A DNA stretch of 64,000 bases from an uncultured Actinomycetes bacterium. GTDB taxonomy: Bacteria; Actinomycetota; Thermoleophilia; UBA2241. The DNA is taken from positions 96,001-160,000 of the forward strand of contig CAVRZA010000004.1 of NCBI GenBank assembly GCA_963725665.1, read 5' to 3'. The notes beneath the pieces are model-generated. The model had not been told where the DNA came from. It did no database searches and saw nothing but the letters and a program-made list of their open reading frames with translations. A program made the position numbers and the translations under genes. Positions 1-9,433 of the stretch are shown piece by piece; the stretch's first letter is position 1, and each line of letters begins with the position of its first letter.

Positions 1-1193
1 GAGTCTGAGGACGACGCGTGCGTCCCAGTCACCTCGAGGCCATAGTCGTAGCCGGTCAGCGTGCGACACCCGTCATTGGTGATCACTACCATGTCCTCGA
101 GTCGCACTGCGCCCCAGCCGGCTTCGTGAATCGTCGGCTCCAGGGTGATCACATCGCCCGGCTCCAGAGGAGCCTCAGAGTAGGGAAAGGGCCCCGTCGT
201 GTACTCGTGGAGCCCGAGTCCCACGCCGTGGCCCAGGAAGCGCGCGACGACCGGACCGGGTGCGCCCCCGAGCGCATCGGAAGGAAACAGCGCAGAGGCG
301 AAGCCGTGGCCGTGCAGCAGCTCGCACACGCCCCGGTACATCTCGGCGCCGCGGGCTCCCGGCCGGGCGAGCTCGCGTGCGAGCTCGAGAGCAGCCTTGA
401 CGGCGGCGTGAACGCGGCGCAGCTTGTCGGGCGGGTCGCCTACGCAGAAGACGCGCGAGATGTCGGCGAAGTAGCGCGTGTCACGGTGTCGGGGGAAGAG
501 ATCGAAGAGGATGGGCTCACCTGCGCGCAAGGGACCGTGTCCGGCCTCGTTGATCAGCGCGGCTTGCGCACCGCCGGCGATATACGGCGTCTCTCCCTCG
601 CAGTCTTTTGAGACCCAGTACGCCAACACCTCGCGCTGCAGTCTCTCCGAGGTGAGCGGCTCACCCAGCCACAACAGACCGTCGCCCCCGACCTCGGCGG
701 CGGCAAGGAGGGCGCGCGCGTGGGACAGCGACTGCTCGGCGACGCGCAGGGTCGCCTCGATGGCCTCGACCTCGCGCGCGTCCTTGTGCCGCCGCCGCGC
801 CGCGATGGAGCCGTTGTCGACGCGCACGGCGATGCCGTGCTCTCGCAGGTACTCCGCCGTCGCAAGCGGGAACCAATCGGGCACGAGAACGGACGTCACG
901 CGCGCCCGCCGCACCGACTCGAGGGTGATCGTCAGAATGTCGCGGGGAGAAGGCTCGAGAAAGCCGCGGTCGCCTCGCCCTCTCAGGTCGCTGTCGATCC
1001 AGATCTCATCGACGTCGGCGATGGTCTGCGCCCGCGCGAGATCGGCCGGGTACGTGACGACGATGCGCTTCTCGTGCGTCTCCAGGTACACCAGAGCGTC
1101 GCCGTAGCCGGTCGCGTAGGCGATGTCGTCACACACCCAGTGGTCGCCGCCCACCATGAGGACGGCTTCGGCCGTCTCGCTGACATCGCGCAT
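1..1193 (-). CDS. M24 family (Xaa-Pro) metallopeptidase, 3' end runs off the window
   Basis: Hand translation gives an open frame to base 1 with M24 motifs LFDLFP, FADISRVF, LGHGVGLGLHE, TLEPTI, VRLEDMVVIT. GGAAGG precedes ATG 1193 (alternative ATG 1208). Missing from the ORF track because there is no stop in the window. Confidence 0.85.
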   Translation of the reverse strand, partial: MRDVSETAEAVLMVGGDHWVCDDIAYATGYGDALVYLETHEKRIVVTYPADLARAQTIADVDEIWIDSDLRGRGDRGFLEPSPRDILTITLESVRRARVTSVLVPDWFPLATAEYLREHGIAVRVDNGSIAARRRHKDAREVEAIEATLRVAEQSLSHARALLAAAEVGGDGLLWLGEPLTSERLQREVLAYWVSKDCEGETPYIAGGAQAALINEAGHGPLRAGEPILFDLFPRHRDTRYFADISRVFCVGDPPDKLRRVHAAVKAALELARELARPGARGAEMYRGVCELLHGHGFASALFPSDALGGAPGPVVARFLGHGVGLGLHEYTTGPFPYSEAPLEPGDVITLEPTIHEAGWGAVRLEDMVVITNDGCRTLTGYDYGLEVTGTHASSSD

Positions 1194-1243
1194 CGCGTCA
1201 CCTTCCATCGTCGTCACTGCGCGGCGCAGGTCGCGCTGCGCCT

Positions 1244-1373
1244 CTGGGCCTCGAGGTGGAGCTTCTCCACCTCAGGGTTCCACCAATGCCCTGGTTCAGG
1301 CCCCCTCGACCGCGCTGGCCTTGAGGAACAAGGGGGGTATCCAGTCCGAGGGGTCGGGACTTTCCATGGACCA
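1244..1373 (-). pseudogene. Degenerate fragment of a family-5 ABC peptide-binding protein
   Basis: Reads WSMESPDPSDWIPPLFLKASAVEG*, then a frameshift, then HWWNPEVEKLHLEAQ. This matches WYADFPDPSDWIGSLLSKESA...WWWSPEVEKLYAQAQ in the intact protein at 55829-57490. Confidence 0.75.
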
Positions 1374-1420
1374 GAGGTCGCGTGCCGGCGTGGCTTTGCC
1401 AACTGAAGAAGGCCGTTAGC

Positions 1421-2533
1421 CTAGACGGTGTCGATCGTGAGCTGGCTCGCGCCGCCGCTGAAGCGCACCTCGTAGCGATCCTGCGCCGAGGCAAAGCCCG
1501 ACGACTCGAGGGCGTTGCGCCCGCCGACGGCTCCCAGCGTCTGCTCGTCGAAGACGAGCTGGCTCGCGCCGCCGCTGATGGCCGCCCGTAGGGCCGTCGC
1601 GACCGGTCGGTGAACGCGCACATGGCTTGCCCCTCCGGAGACACGGACGGGCACGAGGCCCACCGGTGCGGGCAGCCAGATCTCGACGTCGCTGGCGCCG
1701 CCGCTCACCTCGAGCGAGCGTAGCTCGAGGCCACGCAGGTCGGCGGTGAGCTTCCACATGCCGCCTCTCAGCGAGATGTCCCAGGGCACGGCGGCGGTCA
1801 GCCACACGTCGGACGTGCGCCCGCGCCAGTCGAAGGGCCGGAAGCGTCGCTGGTGGCCGATCACGACCGTCCCGCCGTCGACCTTGACGTCGGGGGTGCC
1901 GCCCTCGAACTCGGCGCGATAGAGCCCGGTCAGCGTCGGGTCGACGCGGATGTTCACCGTGGCCGCGCCGCGGGAGAACTCGAGGCGGCCGACGGTGACG
2001 CCGGCCAGCGGCGCCGTGAAGGGGCCCGCTTGCGCGCTGTCTTGGTCGGCGCCGCCGGCGCCACCGTCGGCCGCCGGACCGGCCACCGCGCTCACCTGCC
2101 CCTCGTAGAACTCGCGGATGCCGCGCACGTAGTCGCGGACGACCCTGACGTGGTCGGGCTCGAGTCCTTCCAGCTGAGCCCGGCCGGCGAGCTCGACCTC
2201 GCCGTAGACGCGCGCGCCCAGCTCACGCGTCGCGACCGTCGAGGTGACCAGCACGCGGCGGCGGTCGGTGGGGTCGGAGACGCGGTTCGCGTAGCCGCTC
2301 CGCTCCATGCGGTCGAGCACCGTCGTGATCGCGCCCGGCGTGAGCCCACTTTCCTCGGCGAGCTCACCGGCGGTGACGCGGCCCCGCCGATAGAGGATGC
2401 CGATGCAGCGCAGATCGGTGCGGTTGAGCCCGAACTGCGTCGCCACGGCTTCGTCGAGACGGTCCGCCGTGCGCCGCAGCTCGCCCAGCTCGATGCCGAC
2501 CTCGTCGATCAGCTTGTCTTTGTCGTCGGCCAT
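1421..2533 (-). CDS. MarR-family regulator fused to a C-terminal beta-repeat domain
   Basis: MADDKDKL start. MarR wHTH (LNRTDLRCIGIL...TAGELAEESGLTPGAITTVLDRME...DRRRVLV), then a C-terminal region with repeated SGGAS motifs. Confidence 0.85.
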   Translation of the reverse strand: MADDKDKLIDEVGIELGELRRTADRLDEAVATQFGLNRTDLRCIGILYRRGRVTAGELAEESGLTPGAITTVLDRMERSGYANRVSDPTDRRRVLVTSTVATRELGARVYGEVELAGRAQLEGLEPDHVRVVRDYVRGIREFYEGQVSAVAGPAADGGAGGADQDSAQAGPFTAPLAGVTVGRLEFSRGAATVNIRVDPTLTGLYRAEFEGGTPDVKVDGGTVVIGHQRRFRPFDWRGRTSDVWLTAAVPWDISLRGGMWKLTADLRGLELRSLEVSGGASDVEIWLPAPVGLVPVRVSGGASHVRVHRPVATALRAAISGGASQLVFDEQTLGAVGGRNALESSGFASAQDRYEVRFSGGASQLTIDTV

Positions 2534-2643
2534 CTTCGTCCTCGCTCCCGGCGGGTCGCGGGCGGGGCACGCCCGCTGCCACGCCGTTGCGTTCGTCCCG
2601 CGGTGGTTGATTCCTTGCGAAGAACTATACCACAGAAGAAAGA

Positions 2644-2674
2644 TTTGACAATCAAAACATATGGGGAATAAAGT
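2644..2674 (+). promoter_or_regulatory. Sigma70-type promoter with overlapping palindrome (probable MarR operator)
   Basis: TTGACA 2645-2650, 18 bp spacer, TAAAGT 2669-2674. Inverted repeat TTTGA-CAA-TCAAA lies over the -35. Confidence 0.6.
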
Positions 2675-2773
2675 GTCCCACGAGAAGGAACAACGTGACC
2701 GCGAGGCGCCCGGATCGGTGCTGCGCGGCGGACCGGTCAGCGCACACGGTCCGAGAAGGAAGGTGGAAGCGAC

Positions 2774-3742
2774 ATGAGCGATGTGATCGAGGTCGCAGGC
2801 CTCGTGAAGACGTACCCCAAGGGCGTGCGCGCGCTCGACGGCCTCGACTTCAACGTCGAGGCGGGCAGCGTGTTCGGGCTCCTGGGGCCCAACGGCGCCG
2901 GCAAGTCGACCGCCGTCAAGGTGCTGACGACCCTGACGCGGCCCGACGCCGGAGAGGCCCGCGTGGCGGGCCTCGACGTCGTGCGTCGGGCCGCGGAGGT
3001 CCGTCGCATCATCGGCGTGGTGGCGCAGCAGTCGGGCTGCGACCGCTCGGCGACCGGGCGCGAGAACCTGCGCCTGCAGGGGCGCATGTACGGCATGCGG
3101 GGAAGGGCGCTCGAGGAGCGCGTCTCCGCGCTCCTCGAGCGCCTCGACCTGGCCGAGGCCGCCGACCGCGTGGCCTCGACCTACTCGGGCGGCATGCAGC
3201 GCCGGCTCGACGTGGCCATCGGCCTGGTCCATCGCCCCCAGGTCCTGTTCCTCGACGAGCCCACGACCGGCCTCGATCCCGAGGGACGCGCCGGCCTGTG
3301 GGACGAGATCGAGCGCCTGATGGCCGACGAGGGCCTGACCATCCTGCTCACGACACACTACCTCGAGGAGGCCGATCGGCTGGCGCGGCGGCTGGTGATC
3401 GTCGATCGCGGCCGCGTGGTGGCCGGCGGCAGCCCCGAGCAGCTCAAGGGCGAGCTGGCCGGCGACACGCTGCACATCGAGCTGGCCTCCGCGCCGCAGA
3501 ACGGCAAGGTGCAGCGCGGCCTGGCGACGGTCGCGGGGCTGCGCGAGGTGGTCCTCGAGGGGCGCACTCTGAGAGCGCGCGCCGACAGCGGCGCCACCGC
3601 TGTGCCGGCCGTGCTCGCCGCCCTCGAGACGCAAGGCGTGGGGGTCGCGGCCGTCACGGTGGCGCGTCCCTCGCTCGACGATGTCTACCTTCGTTACGCC
3701 GGACGGGCGTTCAGCGAAGCCGACCGGGAGGTCGCACCGTGA
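2774..3742 (+). CDS. ABC-2 exporter ATP-binding subunit (DrrA-like)
   Basis: Walker A GPNGAGKS, signature YSGGMQRR, Walker B LFLDEPTTGLD, C-terminal PSLDDVYL. Confidence 0.92.
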   Translation: MSDVIEVAGLVKTYPKGVRALDGLDFNVEAGSVFGLLGPNGAGKSTAVKVLTTLTRPDAGEARVAGLDVVRRAAEVRRIIGVVAQQSGCDRSATGRENLRLQGRMYGMRGRALEERVSALLERLDLAEAADRVASTYSGGMQRRLDVAIGLVHRPQVLFLDEPTTGLDPEGRAGLWDEIERLMADEGLTILLTTHYLEEADRLARRLVIVDRGRVVAGGSPEQLKGELAGDTLHIELASAPQNGKVQRGLATVAGLREVVLEGRTLRARADSGATAVPAVLAALETQGVGVAAVTVARPSLDDVYLRYAGRAFSEADREVAP

Positions 3743-4515
3743 TCACTGGACTGCAACACACCTGGTACATGTGCGTCCGCCTGCTGCGCAACCTGTCGCG
3801 GCAGCCGGCGTGGATCGTGCTCTCCCTCATCCAGCCGCTGATCTACCTGCTGATCTTCGCGCCGACCTTCAAGAGCGTGGTGGAAATCCCCGGGTTCGGG
3901 GGCGGCTCCTACGTCGACTACCTCGTGCCGGGCATCGTCGTCATGACGGTGATGTTCTCCGGCGGCTGGGCGGGGATGGGCGTCGTCGAGGACATCGACC
4001 GCGGCGTCATGGACCGCTTCCTGGTGACGCCGGCGTCGCGCACGGCGATCATCTGCGGGCGGCTCCTCGAAGGGGCCGTGCTGGCGGTGATCCAGGCGGC
4101 CATCATCATCGGCATCGGCTGGCTGATGGGCGCGAACTACCCGGGCGGCGTCGGCGGCATGGTCGTGCTGCTGGCCGCCTCCATACTCCTCGGGGAGGGG
4201 CTGGCGGCGCTCTCCACGGGCCTCGCGCTCGTGGCGCGCAAGGAAGAGACCCTCATCGCGACGATCAACATGCTGCTCACGCCGCTGATGTTCCTGTCGG
4301 CGGTGTTCATGCGGCTGGAGCTCATGCCGCACTGGATCCAGACGGTGGCGCGCTACAACCCCGTGAACTGGGCCGTAGCGTCGGGTCGCGGGGCGATGCA
4401 GGCGAGCGTCGACTGGAGCGCGGTGCTCTGGCACGCCGGCTACCTGCTGGCGTTCACGGCCGTCTGCGCGGCACTGGCGACGCAAGCCTTCCGCGCCTAC
4501 CAGCGGTCGGCGTAG
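3739..4515 (+). CDS. ABC-2 exporter permease (DrrB-like)
   Basis: GTG overlaps the ATPase stop. About 6 hydrophobic segments; YVDYLVPG, MDRFLVTP and YNPVNWAV motifs. Confidence 0.9.
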   Translation: MITGLQHTWYMCVRLLRNLSRQPAWIVLSLIQPLIYLLIFAPTFKSVVEIPGFGGGSYVDYLVPGIVVMTVMFSGGWAGMGVVEDIDRGVMDRFLVTPASRTAIICGRLLEGAVLAVIQAAIIIGIGWLMGANYPGGVGGMVVLLAASILLGEGLAALSTGLALVARKEETLIATINMLLTPLMFLSAVFMRLELMPHWIQTVARYNPVNWAVASGRGAMQASVDWSAVLWHAGYLLAFTAVCAALATQAFRAYQRSA

Positions 4516-4531
4516 AGGAGTCGGGACGCGG

Positions 4532-4571
4532 GCGAGGGGCGGGGCGGCCATGAGGCCGCCCCGCCCCTCGC
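4532..4571. terminator. 18-bp GC-rich stem-loop after the ABC operon
   Basis: GCGAGGGGCGGGGCGGCC-ATGA-GGCCGCCCCGCCCCTCGC. Confidence 0.6.
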
Positions 4572-4743
4572 ACCCCCATCCGACCGCTTGACGGAGCGCC
4601 GCGTGCCGGCGGTCCTCCCGGTAGCTCGCGCGCACGGCCAGTTCCCGCCACGACGTCGCCGCTTTCGAGCGCACTGTAAGAAACTGGCCTCCCCGGTGTT
4701 CTGAACAGATGAGAGAAGAAGTCGGAACCTTGGGAGGTAGTCC

Positions 4744-5232
4744 ATGCAGACGCTCAAGACCATCGTCGCGACGGCCGTCATCACGCTCGCCGCGACCACC
4801 GTCGCTGTTGCCGGCGTGGGCAAGGTCAACGGTCAGAACCCGACCGCGCCGACGCCTGCGCCGGCGGTGGCCGCCCATCAGCAGCAGACCCAGGCCGGGT
4901 ACGCGCTTCGTCTCACCGATGCGCAGGTCAAGCAGCTCGCGTCGGCGCTCTCGACGAAGGTCAAGACGGAGGGCAGGCAGGAGCGGCACTCCGTCCGCCA
5001 CCAGGGCGACGCGAAGCATGCTCACGCCGGCCAGCACGCCTACGCAAGCGCCGGTCACGATGCCGGACACGCCGGTACCCAGACTCACGCGACTAGCCAA
5101 GCGAGGACTCAGGTCAGGAGCGGCGATCAGACGTGCGATCAGACGCGCCAACAGACGCACGACCAGACCTGCCAGCAGACGCGCGACCATGCCGGCAGCG
5201 ACTCCGGCGAGTGCGGGGGAGGCCACGACTGA
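4744..5232 (+). CDS. Secreted His/Gln/Thr-rich hypothetical protein
   Basis: GGAGG RBS, signal-peptide-like N-terminus, C-terminal DQTC/DQTR/QQTH repeats. Confidence 0.75.
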   Translation: MQTLKTIVATAVITLAATTVAVAGVGKVNGQNPTAPTPAPAVAAHQQQTQAGYALRLTDAQVKQLASALSTKVKTEGRQERHSVRHQGDAKHAHAGQHAYASAGHDAGHAGTQTHATSQARTQVRSGDQTCDQTRQQTHDQTCQQTRDHAGSDSGECGGGHD

Positions 5233-5241
5233 GTAGGGCTG

Positions 5242-5281
5242 GGGCGGGGCGGCCCGCTGACGACAGCGGGCCGCCCCGCCC
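5242..5281. terminator. 18-bp GC-rich stem-loop
   Basis: GGGCGGGGCGGCCCGCTG-ACGA-CAGCGGGCCGCCCCGCCC. Confidence 0.6.
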
Positions 5282-5332
5282 TCTATACTGTCCTCACATG
5301 GATCCCGCGAGCGGTTGAGGAGGATCCTCCGA

Positions 5333-6535
5333 GTGAAGTCCACGGCGGCAAGCGAACAGAAGCTGATTCGCGGCCTGCAGACCGGAGACCATCAAGCCTT
5401 CCGCAAGGTCTATGACGCCTACCATGCGGCCATCTACAACCTCTGTGCGCGCATCGTCGGCGATCGCGAGGAGGCCAAGGATTTGACACAAGAAGTCTTT
5501 CTGCGTGCCTTCAGCGCGCCGCCCGAGTCCCGCGCCGAGTTGGGTCTGCGACCGTGGCTCTACCGCGTGGCGACCAACCTCTGCCTGAACCATCTGCGCG
5601 GGGCAGGCGGGCACGGCGCGGGCGTCGCGGTCGGCGGGGACGAGATCGAGCAGGTCGCTTCTCCGGTCGACGGCTTCCAGCAAGCGCAGACCGCGACGCT
5701 GGTCGAGGAGACCCTGGCGCAGCTCAACGACCGCTACCGGACCGCCCTGGTCCTCAAGGACCTGCACGGTCTGCCGTCCGTCGAGCTTGCCGGCGTCATG
5801 GAGACGTCGCGCGCGAGCGCGGACGTGCTCGTGCACCGCGCTCGCGCGTCCTTTCAGGTCGGTCTTCTCCCGTCTCGCGGGCGACGGCGCTCCCGTGCCC
5901 GGCAACCTCGCTCTCGTGCTCGCGCCGCTGACCGTGCCGACTGCACTCCAGGTCATGCCGCCGCTGCCGCACGTCCCCATTCCGTTGCCCGCACGCCCCC
6001 GTCCCGATAGCCGCGCATCCCTTCGATGCCTCCGGAGGCGGACTGCTGGGCAAGCTGTCGGCTGCTCTGGGCTCCAAGGTGGCCGTGACGGCCGCCGCCG
6101 CGAGCCTGGTCGTGGGAGGGCTCGTCGCCGAGCGGGTCGTGACTCGTGGCGGGCACGACTCGCAAGCCGCCGCTGCAGCGGCGGCCGTCACGACGGGTGA
6201 CCGTGCGACGTTTTCACAGTCGGCGGCCGACGTTCGCGAGCATGAGGTCCTCATGAGACACCGCTCTGCTGACGGCTGCCTCGCCGGCGACGCGTCGTGC
6301 GCGGCCGACCACGTTGGCGAGCACGGGGCGACGCACGAGTCCGAGTCACACCACGGACCACGCCGGTGGCGCCGGGGCGAGCGAGACGACGACGTCACAT
6401 GACTCGACCGGCACGCACGCTGCGGGCGCGAGTGCGACGACCCATGATGGCGGCGCCGGGACGACGTCGGACGGACACGACAGCGGTACCGGTTCCACCT
6501 CGGCCTCCCACGACGGCGGCAGCGCGGACCACTGA
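5333..6535 (+). CDS. ECF sigma factor with C-terminal transmembrane and His/Thr/Gly-rich extension (frameshifts near 5853, 5993, 6348)
   Basis: Sigma2 (AKDLTQEVFLRAF, PWLYRVATNLCLNHLR) and sigma4 (RTALVLKDLHGL...VLVHRAR). Other frames continue into a Pro-rich linker, a hydrophobic segment KVAVTAAAASLVVGGLVA and a His-rich tail ending at 6535. Confidence 0.75.
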
Positions 6536-6581
6536 CCCTCGGTCGCCAACGACGGCGGCAGACCACTGAGCCTTGGTCGCC
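6512..6581 (+). repeat. Imperfect tandem duplication of the sigma gene's 3' end
   Basis: GACGGCGGCAG(CGCG)GACCACTGACCCTCGGTCGCC followed by GACGGCGGCAGACCACTGAGCCTTGGTCGCC. Confidence 0.65.
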
Positions 6582-6630
6582 CGACGCGCCGCCCCACTCA
6601 CTGAGCGGTTCGCAGGGATAGCACGTAGGG

Positions 6631-6661
6631 GCGGCGGCGGGGCTTGAAGCCCCGCCGCCGC
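6631..6661. terminator. Stem-loop between convergent genes
   Basis: GCGGCGGCGGGGCTT-G-AAGCCCCGCCGCCGC. Confidence 0.6.
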
Positions 6662-6667
6662 TAGCGT

Positions 6668-8174
6668 CTATGCCCCCTCGTCCTCGAGATGGATGTGCGC
6701 CACGGCATTGATGGCCTCGGGCTTGCGGGACCGCAGCACCAACAGCAGCACGACACCGACGGTCACCCAGGCAGCCATGGCGTAGGGCGCGTACTTGTAG
6801 GGCGAAGTCAGCGCCGAGATGAACGACAGGCCTGGGATGCCCGTGATCCCGGCGACGCTGAAAAAGCCCGGGATCAGTATCAGGACGCCGATGATGGGCA
6901 CCACGACGTGGGAGACCCAGTGTCGCTCCTCCTCGCGATGGCGGGCGAAGTACCCGATGCAGGCGATGTTGGCGGTGATATACACGGGCACGATCACGAC
7001 GACGATCGCCGTCCCGATGATGCCGAAGGCCACCTGCGGCGTGTACTTGAAGCCGAGCGCAAGCGCAAGAGCGAGGCCGACGACGAGCGCCACCAGGATG
7101 CCCACTCTTGGCGACCTGAAGCGGGGGTGGAGTTCGGCCAGCCAGCGCGGGAACACGCCGATGCGCCCAAACGCGAAGGCGGTGCGTGTGAACACGTTGG
7201 TGTTCGCGTTCGCGTTGGCCAGCGTCGAGTTGATGATGGCGAAGAGCACCAGCGCCCAGAAGACCCCGGAGACCGTGCGCGCCAGACCGTCCCACGGCAC
7301 GCCGTTCGCTGAGGCTGCGAAGCCGGAGAACTTGCCCGGTCCGTACGCCACCGTCGCCGCGTACGTGGTGAAGATGTAGAGGGCGCCGATCAGGATGGTC
7401 GCCAGCAGCACCGCGCGGGGCACGTTGCGCCGCGGGTCTTTGGTTTCTTCGGCGAGCGGCGCCGCGGATTCGAAGCCTGCGAAGGCCAGCAGCGCGCCGA
7501 CGGCACCGGCGATCACACCCGTCATGCCATGGTAGCCCTGGGCCGTCGCGTAGTGGGTCGTGAAGACCGACAGGGTGTTGTTGCTCCCGGCCTTGACGAC
7601 CAGGACGATGGAGAGGGACAGGAAGACGATGATCTCGATGAAGCCGAGCACGACGCCGGTCCTCGTCGACGTCTTGACTCCGCGGTACACCAGGAAGCAC
7701 ACGAGCAGGATGCCGGCGGTGGTGAAGACCCACCACAGGCTGGTCGGAAACGATGATTGCTCGGAGTTCCACTCGCCGGCCACAGTGTAGCCGAGCTGCA
7801 GCATGACGAGCGGCATGACGAGGATCTCGAGCGCCGCGTACGCCCAGCCGACGAGGAAGCCGACCCACGGGGCGAGGCCCACGGCGTTGTAGGTGGCGAC
7901 CGAGCCCGCAGCCGGGATGTGCTTGGCGAGCTGGCCGATGCTCCACGCTGTGAAGAGCATGCCGATGAAGGCGAGGGTCACCGAGAGCGAGAGCGCGCCG
8001 GCGGCGAAAGCGGCACCGAGCGGGATCGACGCGGCGATCGCGGCGCCGGGAGCCATCGACGTGATCGACTGGAACAGCACGTCCAGCAGGCCGACGGCGT
8101 TTCGTTCGAGTTGTGGGACCGGAGGCTCCTGTGGGACAGGAGCCTCCGGTCCCGACGCGAGCTGGTTCAGCCAT
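6668..8174 (-). CDS. APC-family amino acid/amine permease (probable frameshift near 8160)
   Basis: LERNAVGLLDVLFQSITSMAPG and FAGFESAAPLAEETKDP motifs, about 12 TM segments. ATG 8174 has an RBS but is one base out of frame. Confidence 0.88.
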
Positions 8175-8227
8175 TGTTGTGCCTTTCCTTGGGTTGTTGG
8201 ATCAGGACTGGAATGGGTTGCTCGGAG

Positions 8228-9124
8228 TCACATCAAGTCTTGGCCGTAGCGTTCCAGGATCGCCTTGGGCATGGCGAAGCGCGCCGTCTTGAGCGGATCG
8301 ACGACTTGCGAGACCTGAAGCTGCCCCGCGGCGCTCATCAGCATGGTGACGTCCGCCGTGGACAGATGCAGGCGCAGCATCAGGAGATCGGCCATGTCGC
8401 GCGTGGCGACGTCGGCCGCCTCGTCCAGCGTCTCGGCGGACGCGATGGTCGCCACCACCTCGGAGGTCTCCACGATGGGGTTCGCGAGTGACACGTCGCG
8501 GCGCACGTCGACTCGCAGGGTGACGCTGCCGGCGACCTCGACGCCGGTGCCGCAGATCTCGCCGTCACCCATGACGGCGTGCAGGTCGCCGGCCGCCAGC
8601 AAGGCGCCGGGTGCGAAGACGGGCAGGTACACCGTCGCGCCCTCGCCGATCAGTCGCGTGTCCATGTTGCCGCCGTGCGCGCCCGGCGAGCCGCAGGGCA
8701 CCGGAGGTCCGTCGGGCGCCACGCCGATGACGCCGATCATGGGCCGGATGGGCACGACGGCGCCCGAGACGAGGGCGGCGCCGTCCTCGATGTCCACGAA
8801 CTGGAACGACATGCCCTCGAGACGCTCGCGGAGCACCCCGAACCCGTCGCTGACCGCCATCACTCCCCTTGCGGCGACGTCGACCCGCTCGATGAGCACC
8901 GACAGCACGTCCCCAGCCTTGGCGCCCTCCACGTAGACGGGACCCGTGGCGGGATTGACGTGCGCCCAGTCGACGGCCTCGAGAGAGTCGCGGGCAGAGC
9001 GCACCTGGCCACTGAAACAGTCGGCCGTCTCCAGTACCAGGCGCTCTCCGGGCTCGATCCGCGCGACAGGGGCGGCTTCGGCCGAGAGGCTGAAGACGCT
9101 GTCTTCTTTACTTACGCGAATCAC
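8228..9124 (-). CDS. Acetamidase/formamidase family protein
   Basis: NPATGPVYVEGA, PMIGVIGVAP, HGGNMD, GDLHAVMGDGEICGTGVE. Confidence 0.9.
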   Translation of the reverse strand: MIRVSKEDSVFSLSAEAAPVARIEPGERLVLETADCFSGQVRSARDSLEAVDWAHVNPATGPVYVEGAKAGDVLSVLIERVDVAARGVMAVSDGFGVLRERLEGMSFQFVDIEDGAALVSGAVVPIRPMIGVIGVAPDGPPVPCGSPGAHGGNMDTRLIGEGATVYLPVFAPGALLAAGDLHAVMGDGEICGTGVEVAGSVTLRVDVRRDVSLANPIVETSEVVATIASAETLDEAADVATRDMADLLMLRLHLSTADVTMLMSAAGQLQVSQVVDPLKTARFAMPKAILERYGQDLM

Positions 9125-9240
9125 AGCAGCACGGTCCTTTCGCTCTCTCCATGAGGTCTCTCGACGCGGGCGGTCGCCGCGGCCATTCGCGGAGTGTTCC
9201 CCTCGTCGCTTCGAGGCGAAGCCTCGCGCCCGTTTACCAT

Positions 9241-9304
9241 GAGGTGCGCGGTGTCCCTGAGGTGCGCGGTACGCCGAGGTGCGCGGTACTCTGAGGTTCA
9301 CGGT
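9241..9304 (+). repeat. Four direct repeats of GAGGTGCGCGGT (fourth degenerate), period 17-18 bp
   Basis: Copies start at 9241, 9259, 9276 and 9293. Confidence 0.75.
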
Positions 9305-9433
9305 CGGTGACTCGCCCGGCGTCCGACCCCCGTCGCTGCCCAGAGCGAGTGACCGGATACCCGCTGGGGTATACACTTAGACGCACGCAGTGCCCGTCGA
9401 GGGCGACAGTAATGGCGACGAGGAGATTCCCAG

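Noticed and set aside
9241-9304. CRISPR-like array
   Set aside because: 12-bp repeats with 5-6 nt spacers are far too short, and no cas genes are present.
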